A stretch of DNA of 64,000 nt from Fimbriosthenelais zetlandica (Eukaryota): NCBI GenBank assembly GCA_977030845.1, contig OZ365110.1, positions 48,732,001 to 48,796,000 of the forward strand, written 5' to 3'. Below are positions 23,751 to 37,895 of this stretch, one piece after another. Below the pieces are notes generated by a model. The model was given only the letters and a program-made list of their open reading frames with translations, was not told where the DNA came from and did not search any database. Position 1 is the first letter of the stretch, and every line of letters starts with the position of its first letter. The position numbers were made by a program, and so were the translations under genes.

Positions 23751-24908
23751 TAAACCCTATCTCAAGCTGTTCGTCAAATGAACGTAAATTGCAGAAAAAA
23801 ACCTACTCAAGAGCAATATAACTCTCAAGGAAAGACAACATTAGCATAGTTAATAGTTTTGTTTAAATATCACCAAGCATTCCAGCACGGACGGCATATG
23901 TAACTTCGGAGCTCATAACCTCACCATTGACTGTACAACAGAATATTGGATGTCATCATAATTATTGCAGTAATTATCATGCTTTGTCATTCATTCCTCT
24001 CTCACTTCCTTCCCATTTGTGCTTGAAAGCAGCCCCAATGAGAATCAAGAAGCATTCAATAGAGAAGCACACAATGCACAACTCCCCTTCAATCCTAGGT
24101 ATTATTGTTAGTATGCATATGTAAATAATTTCAATCCCTACGAGGCTGGGGGACGCATCTCTCGTAATGTGTCCCCCCTTTTTTTCAAACCACCGTGAAT
24201 GATTTAGAATATTTTGCATATAGATGGAAAGCCTGGCTCCTTTCCGCTCTGTAACCTCCCTGGGCACATTCAAGATTTATAGGGCTGGCAGCAGAAAAAC
24301 CCTCCCAGCTCAGTTGCACTTAAACCGCTGTATATTTAGACTACTGAGAAAGAATTGCTAGATTTTCCATTGGGTGATGAACAAGAAGGCTCATTATTGA
24401 GATGGAGAAAGGAATTAAACAGATATTGTCTCCGTGAAATCCGTGCAGGACTGGCTGCAATGGAGCCTGCCATTAGCAATGATTTATTCAGTAAGCTTTG
24501 TTTCAGACGATTCCGAGTGAAGTGTTAGCACATGCTAAATTATTTCAAGAAAACGCGTAGATCTATGCGATGCCTGCCCCAGTAGAAAGAAGGAATGACT
24601 CGAGCTGTTGAATCAGCATGTTCATATGAGATAATCAGTCAAGTGTTCATGAATGACCAAGGAAGAAATTCAGCATTGTTAAGCCCAAAGGGAGGAGGGG
24701 GAAGAGATTTCCTATTATTGACAAGAAATATATTGTGTCACTAAGACCAGGGATAATTATCAAAAATAATTCCTACAACTCAGGCCCATATTTAATGAAA
24801 TTCCTCAGCCTATTTCCTATGTTTTTTGCGAAGAAGCAGATCAGACCTAATATATTGATCTACTACTGAATGAGAATAACAGGGTTACATTTAATATTTG
24901 AAACTTAC

Positions 24909-25014
24909 ATTCTTTATTGTTTGGTGCTGGAGGTTTCCTTGAAGCCCAGTTTGTCCGGATTGCTCTACTTCCTATCCACTGTCCATTCATTCCAGCTATA
25001 GCATTTTCAGCATC
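24909..25014 (-). CDS. TIA1: TIA1/TIAR-family exon, end of RRM2 and linker
   Basis: Acceptor ttttgtatattgcag|, donor T|gtaagt. 106 nt, phase 0 to 1. Translates [35 protein letters not shown], matching the family motif MxGQWLGxRxIRTNWATRKPPAP. Confidence 0.97.
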
Positions 25015-25617
25015 CTGCAATATACAAAAAAAACACCGTCCATTATTATATATAAAGAATCAAATAATAAACAGTAATCACGAGAGGATCTCAATGTAAC
25101 AGCACCAGGGTTATACTGTCTGTGGTATGGGGATGGCTGACAAGGGAGACATTTTTTTTTAATAAGAATTATCGGTAAAGTGGAAGAAGGGCTGAAGAAA
25201 AGACCCAGCTGGCTGTCCTGATGGCCTATCAGATAAAGTGCCGCAATACGGCAGATCTAGTGTGATAGCAAAAGATGAATTAACTCCCCAAGCTGACCAT
25301 TTCCCATACTTTAGATTAAAAAAGAATAAGGTCACAAATAAAAGCTTCGGTTGGCACGGTTATGTTCATCCCTGCTTCATTTCTTTCCACCCTGTGGCTC
25401 TGCCTACACCCACTTCCAATATTTGACTTTAATCAAGTAAATAAATGCTGGCGAGTGAAGCTGATGAAGATGGGTAAGCAGGAAGGAAGCAGTTTCCCTC
25501 AGTTTACAACCACTCACACTCATTCCAAACGTAATAATACAAAGCCTTTTCATTAGGCTCTTGCCAAGCAATATTTCGGCTTTCATTAAAACTGCACAAG
25601 CTGACTTGTATAGGATG

Positions 25618-25631
25618 GTTGCCATAGTAAC
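25618..25631. promoter_or_regulatory. RFX X-box motif
   Basis: GTTGCCATAGTAAC, in non-repetitive-looking intron sequence about 600 nt from the 24909-25014 exon. Confidence 0.55.
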
Positions 25632-26699
25632 TCGGTGTGTATTTACCCTAGCAAATATGGGAGCCGATAGATGATGCGCTTGCAAAAGCGTTTGCATTAA
25701 AAGCAGGAACGCTATTTTACATTTTGCTTGTCAATAAACAAAAGCGCCTACTTGTCGCTCCACCCAAACACTGCCATCCACTGTAATTACTAGGAAGGCG
25801 GGTTAAAAAGGGTGGCAGCCAATGAAAATATATGTTTAAGGAGAGTTCTATTTTGGTCTCTAAAATCCGTACCCATATATATGTCTAAACAATAAAATGA
25901 GTTTTATTCAAAAAGTCCAATGACGGGATAAAGGGATAAGGCCATCATTGGAACAATAATAAATGCTTTGACAAGGGTTAAGTTAATTCACACTGGGCAA
26001 AGAAAATCAATCACATTAAATAACTTATGGTGACAAGTAGTATAATTAAGTTCAAAATCTTAATCAAGATGAAATGCATTGCAATCTGATGGAACATGGT
26101 CAGACCAGTCCTGGAATAATTTCATGGCCTAATTCCATCGGGTACTGGCACATATAAGTAATCTAAAGCTTCCTATGTCCTTATATTCAACCACACATGC
26201 TGGGGATTTTCAAATAAGCATTTGATTGCGTTGCCATGGTGAAGGCAACAATGACAGGAGACGGATGATCAACACTTGATGTGATCTAGTCACTTTGATA
26301 GCTCCACGGCACCAGTGTAGTTGGCAGGAGGCTGGGGCCCTGGGTCTAGCTTAGATAAGGGCCGGGAGGTGATCGAGTCGGCATCAGTGGGGGGGTGATT
26401 GGTCCGGAACGGGGTGGATGACGACACCCCAGCCTGATCTCCTGATAGCCCTGCAGCGCCCGTTATGGGCTGCGGTCTAATGCAAAGCAAGCTGAAGTCC
26501 ATTGATTTGTGCGCAAGGTCTGGTCGCGCCTGGACAACCCAAGCTATTTGTCACTAGCACAATGGAACAACCCCACCACCACCAGCCAACATAGCATCCT
26601 CCATATTTCCCTGTCTATGCTGGGTTTTGCCTGTCCTCATCAGAGCTTATCTAGTCATTATTTCTCCTGTCCAGTAAAGAACAACTGACATACCCATCA

Positions 26700-27250
26700 T
26701 AAAAAACCCATCATACGAAATATTCTTAATGTCCTGTACATGTTGTGCAAGGGCGTCTTAGTAAATTTTCTTTGACCTGCAAGTCTGGGTCGGCCATATT
26801 CTCATCCTCCTCAGTAAATTCTAGGTTGGCGTTTCTATCAGCCTGCCGCCAACCAATCTGTTCTTCCCAGTCCACTACCCAAGTCACCCACATATCTGAT
26901 ATATCTGCCTTTCCTGTGGACCACAGTGCTCCAATAACACCCATTTTTATAGAGGCAAGTGTCAATGGGTAGTGGGAGAGACTAGGAATTGGTCAGAATT
27001 GGTCAGCAGATGACTGACTCCTATTGCACTGACCAGTGGCTATTGTAGACTGGGTGGTATTTGGTAATGTCCTTTCAGCTCCAACTGACCCTCATGGACA
27101 AGGAAACAAGAGGTGGCTGGAGGTTCCTGCCCAGCAAGATAGCATTTGATTGGATGCTGAGGCGAATAAGTACTCGGTTTGTTACAAGCATCTAGTCCGT
27201 TTGACTCAAAGGTTGTATGCCATTGAGCAAAGCTGATTAAATAAATAAGG
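26700..27250 (-). mobile_element. Decayed RTE-like LINE C-terminus
   Basis: HEGQLELKG (cf. LYGELxxG), DWEEQIGWRQADRN (cf. WExxAxDRxxWRxA) and CTTC (cf. terminal CxxC). Confidence 0.45.
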
Positions 27251-27544
27251 CCAAGAGAGTTCATTCTAATGAATGATCTACTTATCTAATTATATAAAGT
27301 ACCTGTAAACTTAAGATATGACCTTTATCTCATAATTTTAACCCCTGTATTACATTTCCTAAGTATATGCAACTAAAAGGCAAACTACTCCTTCCCATTC
27401 CACTCAACTCGTTCCAACATGCTTCTTCCCAATGCCGACACCCATCCACTTTGCACTCATCCACCCACCCACCCACCCCAGCACCTTTCCTATCCCACTT
27501 TCCAACTCCCCTCACCCTTGCCAACCAGCATCCCTATGCTCATT

Positions 27545-27800
27545 CTATATGGGTCGTATAAATGATGACAATGGATCGAAGGGAAACTTTTTCTGGGGTT
27601 CAGGAGGAGAATGCCAAGCTGGGATGGATCCAATAGCCCGAGCCGATAATCGGATTGTTGGGATTGGCACATCCTCCTTTCCAGGCATGACCGCGAAAGC
27701 GGGGTCCAACTTGGTTTCACGGCAGCCCACAAGATTGGCTTGCGTGAGGAAGAAAGGCTGGGGCAGGGAGAGGATTACCCCACAACTTACAGACATTGCC
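27545..27800 (-). mobile_element. Decayed LINE endonuclease N-terminus
   Basis: QANLVGCRETKL in ORF 27545-27796 resembles the APE motif DIxCLQETKL. Confidence 0.45.
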
Positions 27801-29049
27801 TACAAAAGCTGGTGACCACTGGCCTCGTGAAGGTGGCCATGCAGGGCCTATAGTGCAGGCTAGTCATGTTCATACTAAAGTCAAATTTGACGTTCTTAAC
27901 TCAAGAAAAGGAGCAGATACATGTCCAAATTGAACCTAGTCAAAGTAAACCTAGTTAAGCACTAATATGATATCAATGTGTTAAGGCAGATTAGACCAGG
28001 TGTTGGGTCAGGTGGTATACACAACACAATAACTCAGGGATACAGCCAGCCAAGCATGGACCATTAATTATAGATTCTCCCATGGCCTGAGAGCAGTGCA
28101 ATGCTTTACCGCAGACCCTCCATCATTTGGCTGTGGACCCAAGGCAGATGGATGAGGTGGCAATGTCCCGGGTTCTTATCCCAACACTTTGATATCACGC
28201 CACAAAATTGAAATTTCATTACATTAAAACATTTATCGACACAAACGATTAAGCTACACGTTTGAATAGTGAATGGCTTTTCCCTGCCCCGAGTTCTTCA
28301 GGATTTGTACACAGCCACCGCTGATTAGCCAACACTGATTAGGGTCTTTGAAAGGGGGACAAGTCTAGACGATGGTTCCTTGATGGAATTTGGCAGAGCA
28401 AAAACAAGATGATGGGTAGGACATATATGCCTCTTTCTCCGAGGTAGTGTAGAGAGGAACTAACAAAGAATGAGGAGAGAGGCTTATGAGTAAATGATTA
28501 ACAATGATAGCCCCATCCTACTAACTCTACCCATCCCTCATCCCTCCCCCAATCCGCTCCACCCCTAAAAGCTCTGGATTCTATGGAGATGAACCAGTCG
28601 CTAATCAAGATTGGCCCACCATTTATGAGATACTTACAGACCCTGACTACCACTCAGTCCTCAACCTGCTTACAGGCTAAATAATGCCGTATGCTGCTAG
28701 CCCGCCCAAAAATCCATTCAGTCTAATCAATGCAGGCTGACAAATCAAAACAAATGGCTAACCCTGAACCTCTTCCAAGTCCTTTTTGCGAGCTGGGGGA
28801 GTAGCAGTGCTTTACTCCAAGGGATTTATATCTCTTAGAAAGGCACTCTCTCTGTACCAGGACAGGGGTGACAAGACCACACTCTATTCTATTTGCATAG
28901 TATCTTGCCAATGAAATGTTCCACGTTAACTGCACTAGTTATAGCATTAACTACTTAGACAAGGCTAGGCCTCGCTTTCTCCTCAAATGAGGTTCATAGA
29001 ACAGACGGAATATATTAACTATATTTTATGTTCAGTGGAATATCTCCAA

Positions 29050-31100
29050 ATGTTCAGAGGACGAAGGAATAAACATCATCCAAGTTCTGTTTCCATAGTT
29101 ACTTTTACTTATCATGATCGGAAGGACGCAGCCATCACACTGCCTGACCTTTAAAAATCCTGATGCCTTTCTCCGCAGCAGCCTTCGCTATCCCGAGCTC
29201 GATCAAGACGGACCAAGAAAATAGGCTGGAGGAGGCAGGGACTGCGGGCGGCAGGGAATCCATCGCTTGTATTATCATGTCAATTGGCTGATGGCTGGGG
29301 CTGATGCGGAGGTCCTTTGATCAGAACCAAGTCTTGCTTTATTTATACAATAAGGTTGACACCCGGGAGGAGGACCGTCGCGCCTGGAGGGGATGGCAAG
29401 CAATCCCCGGGGTCTGACCTTGGATCATCTAGACGGTGATCTCACTGCGGCCAATTGGCCACACCGACTTATCTGGACATGTGACTGATCAGCGTTTAAA
29501 GCCCCGGACAAGAGAGGACAACGATGACCAGTACCCCAGGGACCCTTCCAGCACATATTAGATGTTCCTTGGATATAATATTTGGTTAGCTCCGGCTCTT
29601 ATAGAAGCTGGAGATAATTCATCGCATGTTTGTATCGATCAGCTGCCAAAATAGCTGCAAGTTTATATAGATGTCAGCCGCCTCCCTCAACTGATGTATG
29701 GCCCCACCGAGATATAGACTTGAAATTCGTATTGACCCATTTCCCTTTGTCAACTCGCCTTCCAATAGGGCCAAACTTTTGTTATTGCAAAAGCGGGCCA
29801 TTTTTAGGGTCCATAATCGGTTGGAGTTAACCCAAGAAATGTGCGTTTAGATAGTGCTGGGCCATGACTTGAAGCCGAAGCTGGTCATGATCAAGAAGGG
29901 CCTGAAGGGTATTGCCCTTAGGGGGTGAAGAAAAACGCCAGAGCTTGTCCCATGGGTTATACACATTCATAGTGTTGGCTCACCCTGCTGGCCCCATATC
30001 TTATTTACTGTCAGGCTTTTTGGGTGGGACGGTTCATGGGAAATGGCGAGGTTCCTAACAGAGTCAGCCCCCAAAAGGAATAGTAAGGTTATGGAAAGCA
30101 AATGGGGTTGGTAAACTAAGCAGCAATGGTACATCTAGTCAGGGGTCCCCTGGTGGGACTGGGCCTCACTTGGGACAAGGGGCTAATGCCATCTCGACAA
30201 ACCACTTCAAGAGGTACCAATAATGTCATGGGTAACTGTGCCTCGTTCACCAGAGGAGAGCGCAGCGGGGCAGGGCAGGCTTACCCTGACACTGAGATCC
30301 AATTGAATCAGTTGCCATGAGGAAAAGGCGAACTAAAAATGGAAAACTATTTCCAACTTGCTGCTGCGATATATATATGAATTCACCCTACTAACTAAGA
30401 GTTGTTTTTAGAGTTTTGGATTCATTGAGCTTTCTCTTTTAAGGGAAACTTGGTATGGAATACATATACTCAAATGACAAATCAGTACCTTGTCTAAATC
30501 TATCAAGAATATTTTAGTACGAGGGAAGCAATCAAGGGGTGGACAGAGATAGCCTATTGAGTCAGGTGCAGCAGAAACTCAAAGAAGAAACAGAGGATGA
30601 ATGAATGAATGAATGAATGAATGAATGAATAACATTTCATCAATGGTTACACTAAAGGAAATAGTATACAATGACTAAGGAAAAGAAGGGAAATGATACA
30701 GTTGATATTGAGGAAATGGTATTTGAGTATGGGGGAAGTCTAGCCTGATAACATCACAATCATAAAGACAAAAGTTAGACCTGCCAATGACACCATTCGA
30801 GGTTCCATTTCATGGTGGGGGCCAAACTTATCCCTCTTGTTATCTAAATCCTTGCCAAAAATCACAACTAAGGCTTTGGCTGAGTGAGTTTGCTGGCCTA
30901 TCGATCTGTGTATCGCATTTTTCAATGTTGTAGGCGAGTTCAGGCAGGCCCGGTGCGCCACCTTGTGAGGCACTGGGGAGTCGTAGAAAGACGGTCGGGC
31001 CGAATCGGCCGTCTACAGAGATGGATGGAAAAGGGCGTGAGAGTGGGAAGGGCTTGGCTAGAGGAGGCTTGGATGCCAGCCACAAGGTCAAACTTCAAAG
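29050..31100 (-). mobile_element. Decayed L2/CR1-type LINE RT to C-terminus
   Basis: VVIFGKDLDNK (cf. LDFxKAFD) at about 30830-30870; ORF 29619-29801 ARFCNNKSLAL...LIDTNMR (cf. WCxxNxLxLN...IDxxLxW); terminal RTWMMFIPS (cf. RTxRFxxSFIP). Confidence 0.6.
30597..30630. repeat. (ATGA)8.5 microsatellite
   Basis: Uninterrupted atga repeats over 34 nt. Confidence 0.95.
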
Positions 31101-31699
31101 GTCTAAGTCTGTCTTTCCCCAGGCAAACTACTTTTAAGCAAAATATATAGTGTGTCCCAGGAGGTGATTATCCTGTCCTAATCTTCCTCTACATATAAGC
31201 CATGCATTGTTAGAATGGCTATAATTTTCAACTTTTACTTCAGATCTTTTTTACTCTGTCTCGAGGAGGCAGACACAGCTGAATAGTGGACTGGGAGTGA
31301 AGGGGGTTGAGCTAGGTGGGATGGAAGTTACGATATTGTGGGAAGTAAGATATGGTCATGTAGTGTTAAATCAATGATGATATCTATCTGGCAGATTTGG
31401 AACAAGGTTTTATCTGGCATTGGGGTTTGAGATCCGCTTTGGACCAAGCTGTTTTAAAGGCTTGTCATTGACCACCAATGGTTTTCTGCATGTTTGGTAA
31501 TAAAGAAATAAATTTGGGGGATGCGGATGTAGGCTGCTGCTGCAGGAGATAGAGACAATGAACAGGATAAAGCTAGAAGATGATATGATGTGTCAGATGG
31601 ATGTGCTTGGGTTGAGCAGATTAGAAAAGGAATCAGTCAAAGCTTTGGTTCTGGGGATGAGATGGGGTTGTAAGAGCTGTTGTCAGTTGGGGTTAAGGG

Positions 31700-32350
31700 T
31701 AGGCAGCATCTTCTGAAGGCAGTAGGATATCAGTATTGTTTACATCACAGCCCATCAAGTGGGTTTTAATCAAAACCGCTAGATTCAACATGCTGAGGCA
31801 CATCCGTGACAGGTTTTTGGTTACAGCCAAAGCAGGGAATCACTTCTTGTCAGTCGCCTCACATCTCAGGGACTGGAGTGTTGCTAAGAAGGAGAGGATG
31901 CTACAAAGGATGAAGAAGGAGGGTTGCTATGTGTTGTCAAGGGTAATGAAGCATGGAGCAGCCCAAGGCAAGGCGGGTGGGTCCTTGGTGCAACGAGGCA
32001 TACACAACAAGCGCACAACGGCTCAAGCTTGGCCGGTTCCAGCCATAATTTAACACAGTCCAGACATAAAAGTGATCAGCTGCCACAACTTATGTCTGAG
32101 AGACGTAAACGTGATCCGCTGCCATTACTTATGTTGGCTTGGCATAATCCTGATTATAGAGCAGACTATCAGGCTGTATAGGGTACTGAACACACAAGTT
32201 TGGACCGGGGAACTGATGCTGGGATGATACACAACAAACATGGATAGGACCCGCTACTATCTTATCTCAAAAAACCTGCCTCAACCTAGAACCACTCAGT
32301 CGACATATCCAGGAAGTGGGATCTTCACTATGGATGTGGAATGGCGACCA
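31700..32350 (+). mobile_element. Decayed LINE fragment (I/Nimb-like inter-domain region), plus strand
   Basis: PWCNEAYTTSAQRLKLGRF at about 31983-32040 resembles PWWNEECxxAxxxRxxAxRxF. Confidence 0.4.
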
Positions 32351-33999
32351 CCTTCCCCATATAATATAGCCTTTTCCCAATTTTAATAATCTCATTCATA
32401 AATTGCACAGATTCAACATTTGTTTTCATCATTAAAGGTTCCTTCCCAGATCTTCCTCACTATGGCCTACATGAAGAATCCTAACCATTTATACCTCCTC
32501 GTTCCACTAGCTCTGACTCACAATTTTTACCTTTTCTATATATGTCCACCTCTCAATCCCCATCAACTCCGCACTCACTAAAATATTGAGCAACTGAGAA
32601 AAGCCTCCCTTACAGTGAAAGTGGGATTCTATCTTCATGAAAATGTAAATGAAATACCGATTGATAGAGATTGCTACTTGGAGCCAGCGAATGAGAATCT
32701 CGATCCTCAGCTATTACTGGAGCCGACTAGAGCCTGGAGGCTGGCCGACAATGCAGGGGGTGTCGGAGCAGACGGTGCCACGCCTTGATCTACGGTCCGG
32801 CACTGGACGGATCAATGCCCTCCCTCCAAGTTATTGGAAAAGAAAATGGAGCAGGTGGAACAGGCTCTGGCTAAGATGGAGGGACGGGTTGGGGACTGGG
32901 GATGGGGGGTGGTAACCCTCTATTGCGCAGGTTCATGAAACATACACAACACGTCTGGGTTATTTATAGATATCTGATCAAAGGAGGGTGGTGGGGAGGA
33001 GGCATATTGCCTCTGGTGGTGCTGCTGATGAGAGGAGAATGAGGGAGGGAGTGGGGGTGGGGGGAGGAGGGGGGAGGGAGGATAGGGGGGGGGGGACATA
33101 GCGACCCAGGAGGAGCAAGATGGGAGAGAAGGAGAAGCAAGAGGAAGACAATGACAAGGAAGGAAAGGAAGAGACCAAGCAAAGGAAAGAAAAAGATGGC
33201 AAGGTAGTAAATGTTAATGGAAACTGAAAATTGAAATGTCTTGTTCTAGAGGTAAAGGTTATGTAGTTGTGTTACTGGGCATGTGGCAGGAAGATCTGCA
33301 TGACAGGGAGGCAGGGAGATGGGGAAGGGGGGGGGGGGAGGGGAGAGCCAGGCAGCAGCCAGATGACCCAATGTTCAACATCAGGAGTAAACATGTGAGC
33401 AAGCTTCAGGCCAAAGATATCATGTTGGCGTGATACCCGACCAGATTACCTGTGTATTGATCTCACCAAGGCAAGAAGCAACAGAAAGGAAGATGCAGCT
33501 CCACCAGCGACCATTTATCCTACACAGGCCCTACTTGACTCAACCAGAGACTACCCAGGACCATCACAGTGCACAAAGTTGAAGACATGGGGCATTGACT
33601 CTATAAAGAGCATAATTTTAAAACATAACTTCTCATGAAAGAGGCCAGTGGGGATAGTAAAATACATAATCCCCGATGCCATAATCTCATCCTATTTGGT
33701 GGACATCCATCCATCATAAGCAATGGGTGCCGCCTTTTCTCCACTGCCACCGTCAAATGATCATGTTCAGCATTGGAGGTACATATAAGATTAAGGTAGT
33801 GGACCGATCAGTAGCAATTAGAATGTAGGAGAGGAAGGCATGACTGAAGGCAATGACATGAGGGAATGTTGATTTCTTCCTCACAATACCAGTTTTTCTT
33901 GCAGGAGAAGATCATTCTCCTTTATAGCAGTCATTTCCATCTTACTCTGTCAGTGAGGTAGGCATACAGACATCTAGAGGAAGGCAGGCTTGAATGCAA

Positions 34000-36050
34000 A
34001 CCCGAGCAGAACACTACTCCTGCCTTCAACTTAGTTGTCAAACAAGACCAAGTGCTTAGCGTGGACTCGTGGTAAAGATTCTCGTTTCTCAGCCCCTCGT
34101 ATATGGATCACCTTGAAGTGGTGAAGGTGGACCTGTTGGGCAGTCTGGTTGAGAGAGAGGAGAAGTGGCCTGCAGGGTTTTGGGGGTGCGGCGTGTGTGG
34201 TGGCATCTGCCAGGACTGCGCCAGTAAATGGACCTGGATGTGTTCAACGTCAGCGGCTTGATGAAGGGCTTTGTGCCAGAGGTTTATATTGCTGCAATAA
34301 AACTAGTATAACACCCAAGTGCGCTGGAAAGCATCTCTTTGAATTCTGCACCATGCTCAACAGGTTTTTGCCAGGCTCTTTCATGCTGTAGTCCATTCTC
34401 GGCCCAGCTTCATTCCCTGGCCAGGCAACTTGCTGCAAATAGTGGCGCTCAAAGTAGGCAATGGATTAGCAAATGTCGATCTACATGAAGCGGGAGTGTG
34501 TTTTTGTCCTGCATAGCCACACGTCAAATTATAAACATGCAATATACGAATCATGCCTATATTAATGTTGGACAGAGGTTCTCTTATTTTTTTCCCTTGT
34601 TCCAAGCCATTACCCCAAAGCAATTTGCAGCACGAGTTAGAGCATGGAAACTTTTGGAAGAAGGAGGTTGCAAGCGCTCATTTCAAGTTGGCTTTATCAC
34701 GGGAGTAGTCAGTCCAGAAAGAAAAAGCGGGCGGTCAGGACTTAAGTCGGGGGTCAGTGTATAAAGACAGGGACAGCAGATGTTGCGTGCTGAGCCTGGA
34801 GGAAGGGGGAAATGATTGGATGGGCTGTGTGTAGGCGAGGTGATGGGGAGACGGGGCTCTATGAAGACATGAAGAACACATATTCTCCCAGCAACAACAG
34901 CTGATCATCATTTGTCAGGCAAGGCCTTGTGGAGACAATTTCCGAGCTCATGCCACAGGAGCATTCCGGTGTCTGTGTCGTCCCTCTCTGCTCGTGGCCC
35001 TTGTACCGGACGTACATACATGAGGCTGGAGCTGAGGGGAGAGAGGCTGACTCATTGAGCCCCCAAACCATGCATCAACAGCAGGCCAGAGCAATCAGCT
35101 CACTGCCTGCACTGACACTTGCTGACGAGCCACTCGTGTGAGCTGCTCCCTCCGTCAAGGATAAACCCCAGGCTCCTGCAGGTGAAAGCAATCGATGACC
35201 ACACGGGCCAGAGGCATGGCTCGATGACTTGGCCCGAAAGCGGAGCCAACAATGAAAGAAGCCTTTGACCCTAGCTCGCAAGGTGACCTGGTTCAGCCAG
35301 CACCCTAAAGTCTGTCTTTTGTTAGCCTCTAAAAAGTCTCATGACAAAGAACATGCTCGTTCATTGAAGAATGGCCTCTAGACAGCTTTCCAACACACAC
35401 ACCACCACCAGCCTTACAAAAATGTCCTGCGGACCCCTTCTGACTGAGCCTGTCCATCTTTTCAGTCCTTTGTTACCAAAGCTTCTTTGGTATTCATATT
35501 TCAGAATTAATGGATACAGAAGGACCTTGGGATATAAGGGGTAGTGCTATATAATCTGGTGTTTCTAGCCATTGTTGTGTGGTGGCAGTAGTGAGGGGCC
35601 AGCACACCAGTGGCTGGGTATATATATATAAGGAGTGCTGCTTCTGAAGCTGGGACCTATTAACTGATCTAATCCTTGATCGATCCCAACTTATATTCAT
35701 ACTCTGTCCCACAGAGGACTTGCCCATTCAATACAAAGAAACCATGCTTATTCCAAGCACAGGCAAGAAACTTGCTCGTGAAAGGAATGTTAAGAGCAGC
35801 CCATGATCTGGGACCTGTCTGGGGTTGTAGCTCAGCATGCAGGATAGCCACACATCGTCCAGATTCATGCCTGTAATTCTCGGCCACCATAAAAAGCAGG
35901 CTTTAAGCCCATCCATCATTCGCCAGTCCCTTTCCCACCCTGCCGGCACTATTGTCACCCTGAATAGCAGCACATTGGCAAGGGTCAACCACGACCCACT
36001 CTAAACAAGCCCTTATCAAATAATACATCGTTCCTGCTTCAAGACAACAT
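34000..36050 (-). mobile_element. Decayed, internally deleted L2-type LINE
   Basis: RHESGRCVAILH (cf. APE GGGVAI) at about 35830-35880; PRMDYS...MVQNSKRC (cf. SRLDYCN...LVQNSAARL) and WHKALHQ (cf. YKALHG) at about 34270-34410. Confidence 0.6.
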
Positions 36051-37895
36051 TATTAATCTGAATATATATATACCTATACATTCAGGTGCAGCTTACTCAG
36101 CGAGACCAGAGAAAGGACAATTTGTATAAATATGTCTTGAAGTGCAGTACATTATCTGTGGAGAGTTGCTAATACATAACGATGATGGGATAGGTTTGTG
36201 GGGGATGTTGTTATCCTTGATGTGATCGTCAGAGGAAAAAAGATGCCATTTATCAGTGGTGGCTTCCACTTTACCTTGGAAACAGCACTTTGGCTAATTG
36301 ATCCCAAAGACACGGCCCCATGCATGCGGGGGACTATGGGTGGTGTTGGTAATCGTGGGTTGGGTGGGGGAATGGCATTAGTTACCAATGCAGCAAAGAC
36401 TTGAGGGGTCGATTACAACTGAGGAAAATAGAAGCAAGGGAATAAAAGGAAAGAGAGAAAGGAGGAGGGAGAATGAAGGTGGAAAAAGTGTGGAAAATAA
36501 TTTGTTTTTGCAAAAAGGAATTTATTTTAATGAAGGTAGAGCCACAATATTAGAGTTGGAAGGGTAGATCCCCATAGTAAGAGGAGGAGGAGGAGGGAAT
36601 ATGATGGGGAGATGCCTGAAGACCATCCCTCGCAGCCCATCCCTAAGGAGCGGTCTTAATCGGTAGCAGTAAGCTAAGAGAGGAGCGGATTAGTGATGAC
36701 AGCTGAGGGAGGTTAGGTGAGCAGGTGTCAGGCTTTGAGTAATGACAGTCAAGGTGGACTTGATGGCTCAACTAAGTCACACCTGAGGGGCATACAACCC
36801 ACCAAACCCACCCAAAATTCTCACTCAATCTCCCATTGAAAACGTGTATATTAAGTACATATGATAATATAGTAAGGGCATCTAACATATATCTCTGTTT
36901 ACTGCCTCTAAATATTCCGCATGTCCTATACAGTTAATGGTAATTTTAAATCGAAAGAAAAATACAGCCCTGCATGGGTAGAAGAGAGAAAATTGAAGAA
37001 TATTCATAATTTCTCTAATGCATTTGTACACACTGTTCCTAGCAAACAATGGACTGATATAGGATGCTCCATGCGATAAATCTAGCATGTGAATAAAGCG
37101 GAAATAATGTTTATCACCACTCAAATAGTATAGGCTCTATTATATTCATGTATTCAGCTTGTCCCCTAGGCTTTTCACCGGCCATTCTTGTTTTTTGTCA
37201 TGTCTCCACAACACGCAGCACGTAAAAGCACATCAAAATGATACCTGAATGATAGGCATTGTCATTTCTTTGCAGCTTATTTCTCAGCAATGAATTATAG
37301 GCAAGGCAAACAATAGCTTCTCCCCTGGTAGATATGATCCCATTTGTTCGCCTACAAAAGCAAGCGGGTGCGCCAAGACCAGAGCAATGTTTCTTTTGCA
37401 TGTCCCGAAACTTAATATGGCGAGTCATGCTCAAGTATGGAGCAGTGATGAAAGTGCTCACTGCGCGCACGCGCATCTCACTATGTTAACTCTGCTATTT
37501 ACCTATCCCACATGACTAACGAGAATATCAGTCCATGAAAAAGAGAAGCAGGCCTGCAGGCTCCTGCAGCACTGACAAAGCAAACCTTTTCATACCTCTA
37601 CTTCATGCATAGAGCTCTATCAGCTAATACCTCTGGCACAAACACATGATACACATTGCAGCCGTGGATTCCGTTACATTTGACCCTTTGTTTAGTTCGG
37701 TTTTCAACAGCAGCCTTGGGCTGAGTTAATGTGTACATACTTTGAGGGAATGCTGTAATGCATGCATTCCTTCTTCACTACAGTGAGAAAAAATAACTCC
37801 TTGTTCCATACTGGATAAGACGACACAGCCCTGCCCTTCTAGAAGGTCATGCAAGGCATATGCTGAGTCGTAACAAAGTAAAACCTCAGACCTAC

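Noticed and set aside
34560-34660. FHALTRAANC...KGKK resembling the Academ transposase FHALTGCD...GKGKK motif
   Set aside because: The spacing is off, and downstream motifs (RMDYS, VQNS, HKALH) fit an L2 LINE C-terminus better.
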